Shown here: one piece after another, positions 37,819 through 46,737 of the stretch
Layout: the number at the start of each line of letters is the position of its first letter
How positions within the stretch are numbered: the first letter of the stretch is position 1
Source: Candidatus Wolfebacteria bacterium GW2011_GWE2_44_13
GTDB lineage: Bacteria; Patescibacteriota; Minisyncoccia; UBA6257; UBA9933
Assembly: GCA_001000675.1 (NCBI GenBank)
Contig: LCHW01000001.1
Span: forward strand, 218,294-282,293
Direction: 5' to 3'
DNA length: 64,000 nt
The notes under the pieces: model-generated
The model's input: the letters and a program-made list of their open reading frames with translations, nothing else
The model's database searches: none
Told to the model about the DNA's origin: nothing
Translations under genes and position numbers: made by a program

Positions 37819-38268
37819 ATGAAATCACAGCTTTCTCAAAAAGGCAGCGCCTTGAGCCTGTCGAAAGGTTTTACACTCGTCGAAATGTTGATCGTTATTG
37901 CGATCATCGCAATTCTCGCATCTGTTTCTTTGGTCAGCGTTAGTGGCGTGCGTCAGTCTGCTCGCGATACAAAGCGTGTGTCCGATATCAACAAGATTCA
38001 GCAACAGCTTGAAGTATACTATTCACGAACTGGGAAGTATCCAACTGCTATCACTGATATTGAGGATTTTATTAATACAAAAGATCCGATTGGGGAATTA
38101 TATGAATATAGTGTTTATAATGGCGATCAGAGCTATGTCGTCGGTATTATGTTGGAAGGGGGAAGCTCGGCAACTGAAGAATCGAACGAAATAGACACTC
38201 TTCCTTCTGGAGCTGCACTTAGTAGTGTAGATTGTAACAATACCCTTGGTTTCTGCGTTGGTAACTAA
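37819..38268 (+). CDS. pilA: type IV pilin (major pilin candidate) with a class III prepilin signal
   Basis: The leader ends KG|FTLVEMLIVIAIIAILA (N-methylation motif with Glu5). Confidence 0.7.
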   Translation: MKSQLSQKGSALSLSKGFTLVEMLIVIAIIAILASVSLVSVSGVRQSARDTKRVSDINKIQQQLEVYYSRTGKYPTAITDIEDFINTKDPIGELYEYSVYNGDQSYVVGIMLEGGSSATEESNEIDTLPSGAALSSVDCNNTLGFCVGN

Positions 38269-38285
38269 TATTTATTTTATATACC

Positions 38286-39188
38286 GTGGATTACTTCCTG
38301 TATCTTTGTTTAGCCGTTTTCGGCCTAATCTTTGGAAGCTTTCTCAACGTTGTAACTATTCGATATAACCCCGACAAGGGGTTTTCGAATATTTATTCCT
38401 TGGGCGGGCGCTCCCATTGCCCTCATTGTCACAAGCAACTTACGTGGTACGAGCTTGTGCCTGTTTTTAGTTTTCTCTTTTTACTTGGCAAGTGTCGCCA
38501 TTGTGGGCATCGTATATCGTTTCAATATCCTGTTGTTGAATTATTGACATCGGCAATTTTTGTTACTGTTCCTTTATACGTTGCACATTTTTCGCGTATG
38601 TTTTTCTGGAGCGCTGATCTTTCGTACGGCTCATGGTTATTTTCCGCGCTCGCTGCCCTGTGGACGGCTGTGTTTGTACTATTTCTTATTCTCGCAGTCA
38701 TTGATTTGAAGCACATGATTATTCCTGATTCGATTAATATTGCGTTGGCATTTATTGGAGTCGCTATTGCCGGAGTAACACAATGGCTACATGGATTCGA
38801 TGCTATTCACGGATCATTTTTGCGTCATTACGCAATGATTTTCGGGTTGCGTGAATCTATTTGGACGAACCATCTATTCGCTGCATGTATTGGACTCCTA
38901 TTTTTTGGAAGTATTATCGTGTTGAGTAAAGGGCGTGCTATGGGGTGGGGCGATTTTAAATTAGCGGGTGCACTGGGCCTTATCTTTGGGTGGCCAGATA
39001 TCGTGCTTGTCCTAATGTTCTCGTTTATTATTGGCTCGATTATTTCTATTGGTCTTATGTTGCGTGGTCGCAAGACCATGAAAGATGCGGTTCCGTTTGG
39101 GCCGTTTTTGGTGTTAGGGGCAATAACTGTTTTTTTCTTTGGATTTCAATTGATGTCCCTATATTTTGACCTGTTCGGTGTGGTATAA
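38286..39188 (+). CDS. pilD: prepilin peptidase PilD (A24 family)
   Basis: N-terminal tetracysteine Zn motif (CPHC...CRHC) and a DiS_P_DiS peptidase core with the catalytic Asp residues. Confidence 0.8.
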   Translation: MDYFLYLCLAVFGLIFGSFLNVVTIRYNPDKGFSNIYSLGGRSHCPHCHKQLTWYELVPVFSFLFLLGKCRHCGHRISFQYPVVELLTSAIFVTVPLYVAHFSRMFFWSADLSYGSWLFSALAALWTAVFVLFLILAVIDLKHMIIPDSINIALAFIGVAIAGVTQWLHGFDAIHGSFLRHYAMIFGLRESIWTNHLFAACIGLLFFGSIIVLSKGRAMGWGDFKLAGALGLIFGWPDIVLVLMFSFIIGSIISIGLMLRGRKTMKDAVPFGPFLVLGAITVFFFGFQLMSLYFDLFGVV

Positions 39189-39195
39189 TGGATGC

Positions 39196-39780
39196 ATGGT
39201 ATTATTCGTCAAGCAATATATTCGAAAGAGAAAATCTCACAGCGATGGGGGGTTTACGCTTATCGAGATGACGATTGTAATTGGCCTTGTTGTGACACTA
39301 TCTATAGCCGCTACTGTTTTTAATAAATCAATTGCGCAACAAATTCTTGTTTCGCGAGAGCATGCAAAGGTAGTCGCTTTTTTTGTTCGAGCACGTTCTG
39401 CCGGACTTACAATTCCTAAAACTGATACTACCATTGAGCTTGTTTGTGCGTATGGTGTGCATATTGATGCCGCAACGCGCGCGATAACATTATTTAAAGA
39501 TTTAGGTACGCTTGGCGGAGCATGTGATTCAGCGGATCATCTATATACGATGGATGCCGAAAAAATAGACCAGACTATTTTAGACCCATTGGTATCTGTA
39601 ACGGCTAGCAATATTACAAATATCGTATTTATCCCTCCTTTTGGTGACGTTATTATTTCTGACGGAGGATTAGAGTATAGTTCGGCTACGGTTACGGTTT
39701 CGGGTGTTGTAACAAATCTTTCTCGTGGCGTGAAAGTAAATACGTTTGGGCAAATTACTGAATTTACACCGATACCATGA
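39196..39780 (+). CDS. minor pilin/pseudopilin with a prepilin signal
   Basis: Signal ...DGG|FTLIEMTIV. ATG at 39196. Confidence 0.55.
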   Translation: MVLFVKQYIRKRKSHSDGGFTLIEMTIVIGLVVTLSIAATVFNKSIAQQILVSREHAKVVAFFVRARSAGLTIPKTDTTIELVCAYGVHIDAATRAITLFKDLGTLGGACDSADHLYTMDAEKIDQTILDPLVSVTASNITNIVFIPPFGDVIISDGGLEYSSATVTVSGVVTNLSRGVKVNTFGQITEFTPIP

Positions 39781-40283
39781 AGCAACGACATATTAAAAAA
39801 ACAAGCGGATTTTTGCTTATCGAAGCCATGGTTGCTATGAGTGTGCTACTCACGAGCGTAATGGGTGTTTTTATATTAATGTCACAATCAATTAAACTGA
39901 CGCGCACCTTGAACGATCAATATGTCGCAACGTATCTTGCGGGAGAAGGAATTGAGATTGCAAAGAATATTCTTGATGCAAGCGTTGTTGCTGACCCTGC
40001 GGCATGGAATGTTAACAATAACTTTCATCAGAATGGATGTTATGCGCTTGATTATGCTAGTAATGTGCTTGCCGATTCGTGCTCGGATATGCCACTGAGC
40101 TTTAATGGAACGAACTACGGATACTCGGTTGGGGGAGAAACGAGTTCGTTTGTGCGAAAAGTTAACCTTGCCTTAGTTATGGACGGCTCTACGCAAATAG
40201 GTGTTCGGGTAACGTCTACTGTTACGTGGGCAGGAGGAACGCGAACATTTGCACTGGAAGATGTATTTTATGCATGGCTCTAA
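39777..40283 (+). CDS. minor pilin/pseudopilin (PilV-like)
   Basis: Signal ...TSG|FLLIEAMVAM. Its start overlaps the previous stop by 4 bp. Confidence 0.55.
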   Translation: MKQRHIKKTSGFLLIEAMVAMSVLLTSVMGVFILMSQSIKLTRTLNDQYVATYLAGEGIEIAKNILDASVVADPAAWNVNNNFHQNGCYALDYASNVLADSCSDMPLSFNGTNYGYSVGGETSSFVRKVNLALVMDGSTQIGVRVTSTVTWAGGTRTFALEDVFYAWL

Positions 40284-40288
40284 TTGAT

Positions 40289-40954
40289 ATGAACAGCAAT
40301 AAAAACAAACAATTACATACCGTGCGTAGGGAGGGCTTTACGCTCGTAGAGATGATTGTTGCCTTTGGCATCTTTACTATTTTTATCACGGTCGCCGCAG
40401 GAAGTTTTGTGCGGTCGGTGCGCATTCAGCGTGTATCGTTGCAGCTTATGGCTATTAACGACAACATGGCAATTACGATGGAACAAATGATGCGTGAGAT
40501 GCGTGTCGGGTATAATTTTTGTACGGCAGAGTCTATCCCTAATACGCTAAGCGCAACTGTGCAATCGCAATGTGCTTTCATGATCCCCGGGCAGGAAATT
40601 CAATTTTTTAAAAAGGGCGATGTTCCTGTTCGGTATCGAAGAACTGCATCAGGGAGTATTCAAAAAGGTGTTGGAGTAGCGGAGGACGAGCCAATTGATG
40701 TATGTGCGGAAGGAGAGTCTGTCGACGGAATTTGTTACCGAACGATTACCGCAGAAAATACCGATGTTATGGGGGCTAATTTTCAAGTATTGCATAATGA
40801 TGTTGAGATTGGATTGCTGTATCCGCCCCGTATTGTATTAAGCTTTTCAATTACAAGTACTGACCCATTAGTAAAAACAATGACTTCCCCAATCACTATC
40901 CAAACGACAATTAGTGCGCGTTGCGGAAAGCAATCGTGTCCTGCGGATAACTAA
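40289..40954 (+). CDS. minor pilin/pseudopilin (PilW-like)
   Basis: Signal ...REG|FTLVEMIVAFG. ATG at 40289. Confidence 0.55.
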   Translation: MNSNKNKQLHTVRREGFTLVEMIVAFGIFTIFITVAAGSFVRSVRIQRVSLQLMAINDNMAITMEQMMREMRVGYNFCTAESIPNTLSATVQSQCAFMIPGQEIQFFKKGDVPVRYRRTASGSIQKGVGVAEDEPIDVCAEGESVDGICYRTITAENTDVMGANFQVLHNDVEIGLLYPPRIVLSFSITSTDPLVKTMTSPITIQTTISARCGKQSCPADN

Positions 40955-40979
40955 ATGACAGATATAGTAATGCGTAACC

Positions 40980-41384
40980 ATGAAATTATCCCACTCAAAA
41001 TTTAAGAATCAGCGAGGACAGGCTATGATTTTGACCGTGCTCGTACTTTCGAGTATTGTGCTTTCTCTCTCTGCTATTGGCGGCTATTTAATGATGGTTC
41101 GATTACGAGTAAGTACTGATATCGGCAACACGATGCGCGCAATTTATATTGCAGATGCGGGGCTTGGATGCGAAGCATACAATCATTTTAAAAATGCGGA
41201 TGCTCCCGGGTTTTGCGCTCCTGGCACTGAACGAAATACATTTACGTTTGACGGAACGGTTGCGGATGCACCAAGCTTTTATCACGAAACAGAAACAATT
41301 TCTGCTGGTGTAGATTCCCGTATCAACGCAAAAGGGTATGCACGAACAGCAAGTCGCTCGTTACATCTCGAGTTCGGGTTTTAA
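40980..41384 (+). CDS. PilX-like minor pilin
   Basis: PilX N-terminal-like segment QRGQAMILTVLVLSSIVLSL. Confidence 0.45.
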   Translation: MKLSHSKFKNQRGQAMILTVLVLSSIVLSLSAIGGYLMMVRLRVSTDIGNTMRAIYIADAGLGCEAYNHFKNADAPGFCAPGTERNTFTFDGTVADAPSFYHETETISAGVDSRINAKGYARTASRSLHLEFGF

Positions 41385-41442
41385 CGAGAACTATACATAG
41401 AGTAGGTTTATTGAACCCGCCCAGACTGTCTCGCTAGGCGGG

Positions 41443-41582
41443 ATTTATCCCCACACCAATCATCGATTGCGAAGCAGTATTAAAGACGTCTTATGAAAGG
41501 CAGTTTTTATTATTATACGGTGCTGGGGTGTGTAATAATAACTTCGAAATGATTATCGATAATTGGTGTGGGGATTTATTTT
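41443..41582 (+). promoter_or_regulatory. leuS leader bounded by a 23-bp long-range inverted repeat
   Basis: ATTTATCCCCACACCAATCATCGAT (41444-41468) is the reverse complement of ATCGATAATTGGTGTGGGGATTT (41556-41578). A hairpin CCCGCC-N15-GGCGGG sits upstream. Confidence 0.3.
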
Positions 41583-41637
41583 GGGGGTAAAATGGGATAT
41601 AGTTATATACATCATATAACCAGCTAGCGACATTATT

Positions 41638-44463
41638 ATGCAATTCAAAAACGTTGAAAAAAAGTGGAGAGCCGTTTGGGAGAAAGAGGGAATATACACC
41701 GTTAAAGATTCTGTCCCTGGCAAGAAGAATTTTTATAGTATGGTCATGTTTCCGTATCCATCTGGCAACCTGCATATTGGCCATTGGTATAACTTTGGTC
41801 CTGCGGATGTTTTTGCGCGTTTTAAGCGCATGACAGGGTTTAACGTCTTCTCCCCAATCGGATTTGATGCGTTTGGATTGCCTGCAGAAAATGCGGCTAT
41901 TAAAAATGGCATACATCCAAAAACGTGGACGTATAAAAATATTAAAACAATGACTGCTCAACTAGAGCAGATGGGCACGATGTATGATTGGGAGCGACGT
42001 GTTGTTACCGCTGACCCCGAATATTATAAATGGACGCAATGGATGTTTTTGCAGTTGTTTCATGCAGGACTTGCGTATCGCACAAAAGCGAAAGCAAATT
42101 GGTGTCCGAAAGATCATACTGTATTGGCAAATGAACAAGTTATTGATGGAAAGTGTGACCGATGTGGTACGGAAGTTGTACAGCGAAATATTGATCAGTG
42201 GCTTTTTAAAATTACTGACTACGCAGAGCGATTGCTGCAAGATCTTGAAGGGCTGGATTGGCCTGAAAAAACAAAGACCATGCAACGCAATTGGATTGGA
42301 AAATCCGAAGGCGTTACTATTAATTTCCCCCTCGTAACAAGCGAGGCAGTTGCGGTTGTCGATACTATGAAATTTAACCCATCGCTTGTGTCTTTGGTAC
42401 TTTCGGGAGAAAAATATATTAGCTATCGCTTAGAACCTAAACATATAAAGGTAGGGGATGTTTGCGGTTTAGTGCACGCGGGGACAAAAAAGCAGTTTGC
42501 ACTTGCCCGCATTACGGGAGTGGAAAAGCGCACCATGGGTGAGCTATCCGAACAAGAAGTTGGACACGAAAAATTTGCAAATCGCAAAGCGATGTACACA
42601 ACATATGCGAAGTACTACGGGAAGCCGGTTACAAATACTACGGATGTCTGGGTGTATACGTTCGAATGCATGCCTGAATCTGTTGCGGTGTTTACTACTC
42701 GAGTGGATACTATTTATGGATGTACGTATGTTGTTGTTGCGCCGGAACATGCATTAATTGAATCGTTTAAACAGCAAATCGAAAATTATAAAGCGGTTGC
42801 GACGTATGTAACTAAGTCGCGTAAAAAATTGGAGCGTGAGCGAATTATTGAAGAAAAAGAAAAGACAGGCGTTCGACTGCAGGGCGTTTCTGCAATCAAC
42901 CCATTTACGGGAGAAAGCGTTCCTGTGTTTGTTGCCGATTATGTGTTAGGGGGATATGGAACGGGTGCGGTCATGGCCGTTCCTGCACACGATGAACGTG
43001 ATTTTATATTTGCAAAACAATTTTCATTACCAATCAAAACGTCGATTGTTAATGCAAAAAAAGATGTGTCTGCTGGTTGCATGATGGACGATGGAACGCT
43101 CGTTGATTCGGAAGCATTTACGGGTATGGATTCAGCTACTGCGCGTACTCAGATGACGGCATGGCTCGAACAACAGAAGATGGGTGCGGGGAAAGTTAAT
43201 TATAAGCTACGTGATTGGCTTATTTCTCGTCAGCGCTATTGGGGATCGCCTATCCCGCTTGTATTTTGTGAACATTGCAAACAACGTATTGCAAGCGGTG
43301 ATTATAAGAAAGGGGAATTTACACAAGGAGAGCTATCCAACCCAGGATGGGTTGGCGTTGCGTCGGAAGCACTTCCCGTGCTTTTGCCATTAGTGAAGGA
43401 ATATTTACCGACTGAAGATGGTAAGTCGCCGTTGGCACATTCTAAGTCGTTTATGCGCGCTACGTGCTCAAAATGTGGCGGTAAAGGTATGCGAGAAACA
43501 GATACTATGGATACATTCGTGTGCTCTTCGTGGTACTATTTGCGCTATCCCGATCCGCAGAATGCAAAACAATTTGCGGATAAGAAAAAGCTCGCAGCGT
43601 GGCTGCCTGCCGATATGTATGTTGGTGGAGCGGAACATTCCGTTTTGCACCTTCTCTACGCACGCTTTTTTACGAAGGCACTGTATGATTTGAAGCATGT
43701 GCCATTTAAAGAACCGTTTGCTGCGTTGCGACACCAAGGGATGATTCTTGGACCTGATGGGCAGAAGATGTCGAAATCAAAAGGTAATGTGATTGATCCG
43801 GATGAGCTTGTTGGTACATTTGGTGCTGACGCAGTGCGTATGTACCTTTGTTTTATGGGTCCGTATGATCAAGGGGGAGCGTGGCAGCCAGGGGGAATGG
43901 TTGGTATTGCTCGATTTTTGCAACGCGTAGAGTCTCTGTACACTACGAATGCAAAAGATAGCGTGTGCAAAAAACCAAGCACCGCAGTCAATCCTTTGAA
44001 GAAGGTAATGCATCAGACGATAAAGAAAGTTACCGAAGATATTGCTGATTTTCATTTTAATACCGCAATAAGTTCGTTGATGATTTTACTCAATACGATG
44101 GATGAATATCGAGAACATCTTGATGGTGAGGTGCTCGAACAGTTCCTCTTATTGTTAGCGCCATTTGCACCTTATATTGCAGAGGAGTTATATCGAGAAG
44201 CGTTGGGACAAAAGAAATCGATTCACTTGGCATTGTATCCGAAATACAATCCTCATTTTACTGTGGAAAATGAATTCGATCTTGTTGTCCAAATTAATGG
44301 CAAGGTTCGTGATACTATTCGAGTGCCGAAAGGTATTACGCAAGAGCGAGCACGTGAGCTTGCGCTTACTTCGAAAAAAGTATTTGCCGTTGCTCCAGGT
44401 ATGCAGGTGCGAAAGGTTATCTTTGTGCCTGATCGATTGATTAATCTTGTTGTTGAATTATGA
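41638..44463 (+). CDS. leuS: leucyl-tRNA synthetase with a ~105-aa ASCH (YqfB-like) domain inserted at the start of the CP1 editing domain
   Basis: HIGH motif (HIGH is HIGHW here), a KMSKS-like motif (KMSKSKGN), the CP1 editing motif (TTRVDTIYGCTYVV) and the anticodon-binding domain. The inserted segment (aa ~233-349) aligns with YqfB-type ASCH domains. Confidence 0.9.
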   Translation: MQFKNVEKKWRAVWEKEGIYTVKDSVPGKKNFYSMVMFPYPSGNLHIGHWYNFGPADVFARFKRMTGFNVFSPIGFDAFGLPAENAAIKNGIHPKTWTYKNIKTMTAQLEQMGTMYDWERRVVTADPEYYKWTQWMFLQLFHAGLAYRTKAKANWCPKDHTVLANEQVIDGKCDRCGTEVVQRNIDQWLFKITDYAERLLQDLEGLDWPEKTKTMQRNWIGKSEGVTINFPLVTSEAVAVVDTMKFNPSLVSLVLSGEKYISYRLEPKHIKVGDVCGLVHAGTKKQFALARITGVEKRTMGELSEQEVGHEKFANRKAMYTTYAKYYGKPVTNTTDVWVYTFECMPESVAVFTTRVDTIYGCTYVVVAPEHALIESFKQQIENYKAVATYVTKSRKKLERERIIEEKEKTGVRLQGVSAINPFTGESVPVFVADYVLGGYGTGAVMAVPAHDERDFIFAKQFSLPIKTSIVNAKKDVSAGCMMDDGTLVDSEAFTGMDSATARTQMTAWLEQQKMGAGKVNYKLRDWLISRQRYWGSPIPLVFCEHCKQRIASGDYKKGEFTQGELSNPGWVGVASEALPVLLPLVKEYLPTEDGKSPLAHSKSFMRATCSKCGGKGMRETDTMDTFVCSSWYYLRYPDPQNAKQFADKKKLAAWLPADMYVGGAEHSVLHLLYARFFTKALYDLKHVPFKEPFAALRHQGMILGPDGQKMSKSKGNVIDPDELVGTFGADAVRMYLCFMGPYDQGGAWQPGGMVGIARFLQRVESLYTTNAKDSVCKKPSTAVNPLKKVMHQTIKKVTEDIADFHFNTAISSLMILLNTMDEYREHLDGEVLEQFLLLLAPFAPYIAEELYREALGQKKSIHLALYPKYNPHFTVENEFDLVVQINGKVRDTIRVPKGITQERARELALTSKKVFAVAPGMQVRKVIFVPDRLINLVVEL

Positions 44464-44612
44464 CAAAATATATCGGCGTAATTATCGCATGGATCATTAT
44501 CCTTGGTATTGCACTCTATATTGTGCGTCACTACGCAGATTTTCTTGGCGGGTTTTCTACTGCGCAGGATGCAATAAACGCAGGAGGGATATTTGATAAA
44601 TACTTCAAGTAA
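44460..44612 (+). CDS. possible 50-aa small membrane protein overlapping the leuS stop
   Basis: ATGA overlap with the leuS stop. One hydrophobic helix. Below the ORF-track size cutoff, so speculative. Confidence 0.25.
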   Translation: MTKYIGVIIAWIIILGIALYIVRHYADFLGGFSTAQDAINAGGIFDKYFK

Positions 44613-44650
44613 GCAATAAAAAAGCGACCGTGGGGCCGCTTTTTTATTGC
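44613..44650. terminator. Bidirectional intrinsic terminator (leuS / htrA convergent)
   Basis: GCAATAAAAAAGCGACCG-tgg-GGCCGCTTTTTTATTGC, a long imperfect hairpin with A/T runs. Confidence 0.6.
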
Positions 44651-45718
44651 TTACTTTTTTTCCGCTAATTTTGGCGATAACGTGTATAATTTTTTCTTAC
44701 GCATGACCGTGAGATTTATTGTGTCTCCGACTGTATAGTTTTCTAACAGTTCTCCAAGCGTTTTCTTTTGAGTTATTTGTTCTGCATTGCATTCGAGAAT
44801 CAAATCATGATCTTTGAGGCCGGCAATTGCTGCAGGACTTTTATCGATAATGCTTTTCATGTACGCATTGGGGCTAATAACAAGCGCACCATAATCGACA
44901 GGAAGCTTTAGCTTTTCTTGGATCTTTTCGTTGATAGTAATGTAATGCACACCAAGAAATGGTTGTCGAATTCTTCCGTACAACTGTAGGTCGGCAAGAT
45001 CCTTTATAAGCGTATTAATGGGAAGTGCAAACCCGATATTTTGTGCGCCTTGAATAATAGCAACGTTAATACCGATTACTTTTCCTGCGCTATTGATTAA
45101 TGGTCCGCCGGAATTTCCAGGGTTGATTGCTGCATCAGTTTGAATAAGCCCGTGAATTTCTTGTACAGGAGAGTGTAGGTCTATTTGTGCCGTAATTGCA
45201 CGCGAAAGGCCAGAGATAATTCCCTTGGAAACGGTGTTTTGAAACATACCTAAAGCATTTCCTACGGTGATAACTGGTTCACCCAGTTCAAGATGCGCTG
45301 AATCGCCTAATGTAAGGAACGGAAAGGCTCCTGGACCCTTTATTTTTAAAATAGCAATGTCACTCAAGGGGTCACGCGCTAGTATGGTTGCGGGATATAT
45401 TGTCCCATCGTTTGTTATAACGGTATAGAAGTTCTTTGTTTCGCTAACGATATGTCGGTTACTTACGACAATGCCTGATGGATCAACAATAAAGCCAGAG
45501 CCATTACCAACTTTAAGCAAGCCATTTTTATCGGTCTGTTGCTTCAAAAAGCCAAGTTCGCGGCGCTTGAGCCATAGGGGGATTTTGGGAAACTGTTCAG
45601 CCTCTTTTTCGATTTCCCCGAATTTTTTCGATACAACGATTGTTACTGTTGCTGGTATGACTTTTTTGACCACCGATACGAAATTGTCTGTGTGTTCCAT
45701 ATGCATATATTGTAGCAT
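44651..45718 (-). CDS. htrA: HtrA/DegP-family serine protease with a PDZ domain
   Basis: Catalytic triad context (HIV...D...GNSGGPL) and a C-terminal PDZ. Confidence 0.8.
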   Translation of the reverse strand: MLQYMHMEHTDNFVSVVKKVIPATVTIVVSKKFGEIEKEAEQFPKIPLWLKRRELGFLKQQTDKNGLLKVGNGSGFIVDPSGIVVSNRHIVSETKNFYTVITNDGTIYPATILARDPLSDIAILKIKGPGAFPFLTLGDSAHLELGEPVITVGNALGMFQNTVSKGIISGLSRAITAQIDLHSPVQEIHGLIQTDAAINPGNSGGPLINSAGKVIGINVAIIQGAQNIGFALPINTLIKDLADLQLYGRIRQPFLGVHYITINEKIQEKLKLPVDYGALVISPNAYMKSIIDKSPAAIAGLKDHDLILECNAEQITQKKTLGELLENYTVGDTINLTVMRKKKLYTLSPKLAEKK

Positions 45719-45794
45719 GAAGTGAGTTTACTCGGAACAGAGAATATATATTTTAATATTGGCATAACCTTTCTAACAAGGTATACTTCACCAT

Positions 45795-46670
45795 ATGAAT
45801 ATTCGGCGGCCGACCGATTTGCAAAAAAAGCGCGACAAGCGCGATACGAGAAAAAAATACATCGCTGCTGGTATCGGTGTTGCTTTTTTACTGGTGACTA
45901 TCGGCTTAGTGGTTACTGTGAAACAATCATCACTATTTCGCGTACAAGAAATAACAATTTCAGGTGTTCCTTCGGCATATGGAGCACAAGTGCGGAGCGC
46001 TCTCGAAGCCTTTGCTTACGAACATTCATTTTTGGCGAAATTTTTGGGCGTTGAAAATATACTTGCATGGGATGGTAATCCAAAAGAATTTCTTGCCGCA
46101 AATCCTCAATTTAGACTATTGCATGTTCAGAAAGATTATATCCATCGAGCAATTGCAATTACGGTTGATGGTCGCGAAAAATTTGGTGTTTGGTGCGGGG
46201 CCGCTGATGACAACGAGAATATTGTTCCCGCAGAAGGTATTGCAACCACAACCAACGAAGTTACTATTCAGGATGAGCCTTTACATGAATGCTATTGGTT
46301 TGATCGCGATGGGGTGTTGTTTGCTAAGGCGCCTCAAGTGCAAAGCGAGCTGTTTAATCGTGTGTATGATTCTACGGGGCGCGTACTTACATTGCGGGAC
46401 GCAATTCTCCCTGATAAGCTACTTGCTAATTTAATGCGCGTGTTTACCTTGCTCGATGTTGCTCAAATAAATACAAAAACTGTTTTTATTCGCGATATTG
46501 CGCTAGAAGAAGTCGATACGAGCTCACTTTCCGACCCGCGCATTATGTTTAGCTTGCGCTCTGACCCAACATTTTCGTTAAGCGCTATCAATGCGTTAAA
46601 ACAATCAGGAGATTGGGATCGTCTTGAATATGTCGATTTTAGGGCAGAAAACAGGGCTTCTTATCGGTAA
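45795..46670 (+). CDS. ftsQ: FtsQ/DivIB-like cell division protein (POTRA domain)
   Basis: Basic cytoplasmic N-terminus, a single TM and a POTRA-like segment (FRVQEITISG). Confidence 0.4.
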   Translation: MNIRRPTDLQKKRDKRDTRKKYIAAGIGVAFLLVTIGLVVTVKQSSLFRVQEITISGVPSAYGAQVRSALEAFAYEHSFLAKFLGVENILAWDGNPKEFLAANPQFRLLHVQKDYIHRAIAITVDGREKFGVWCGAADDNENIVPAEGIATTTNEVTIQDEPLHECYWFDRDGVLFAKAPQVQSELFNRVYDSTGRVLTLRDAILPDKLLANLMRVFTLLDVAQINTKTVFIRDIALEEVDTSSLSDPRIMFSLRSDPTFSLSAINALKQSGDWDRLEYVDFRAENRASYR

Positions 46671-46737
46671 TGCGCTTAATTACCGACGCGTTTCTTAAAG
46701 TGGTTTAAGTGTGTTACTATAGAGTAATTATAGTCCT

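Noticed and set aside
41395-41637. T-box riboswitch controlling leuS
   Set aside because: A CUC-containing loop is present, but the conserved T-box sequence and canonical Stem I/antiterminator architecture are not recognisable.
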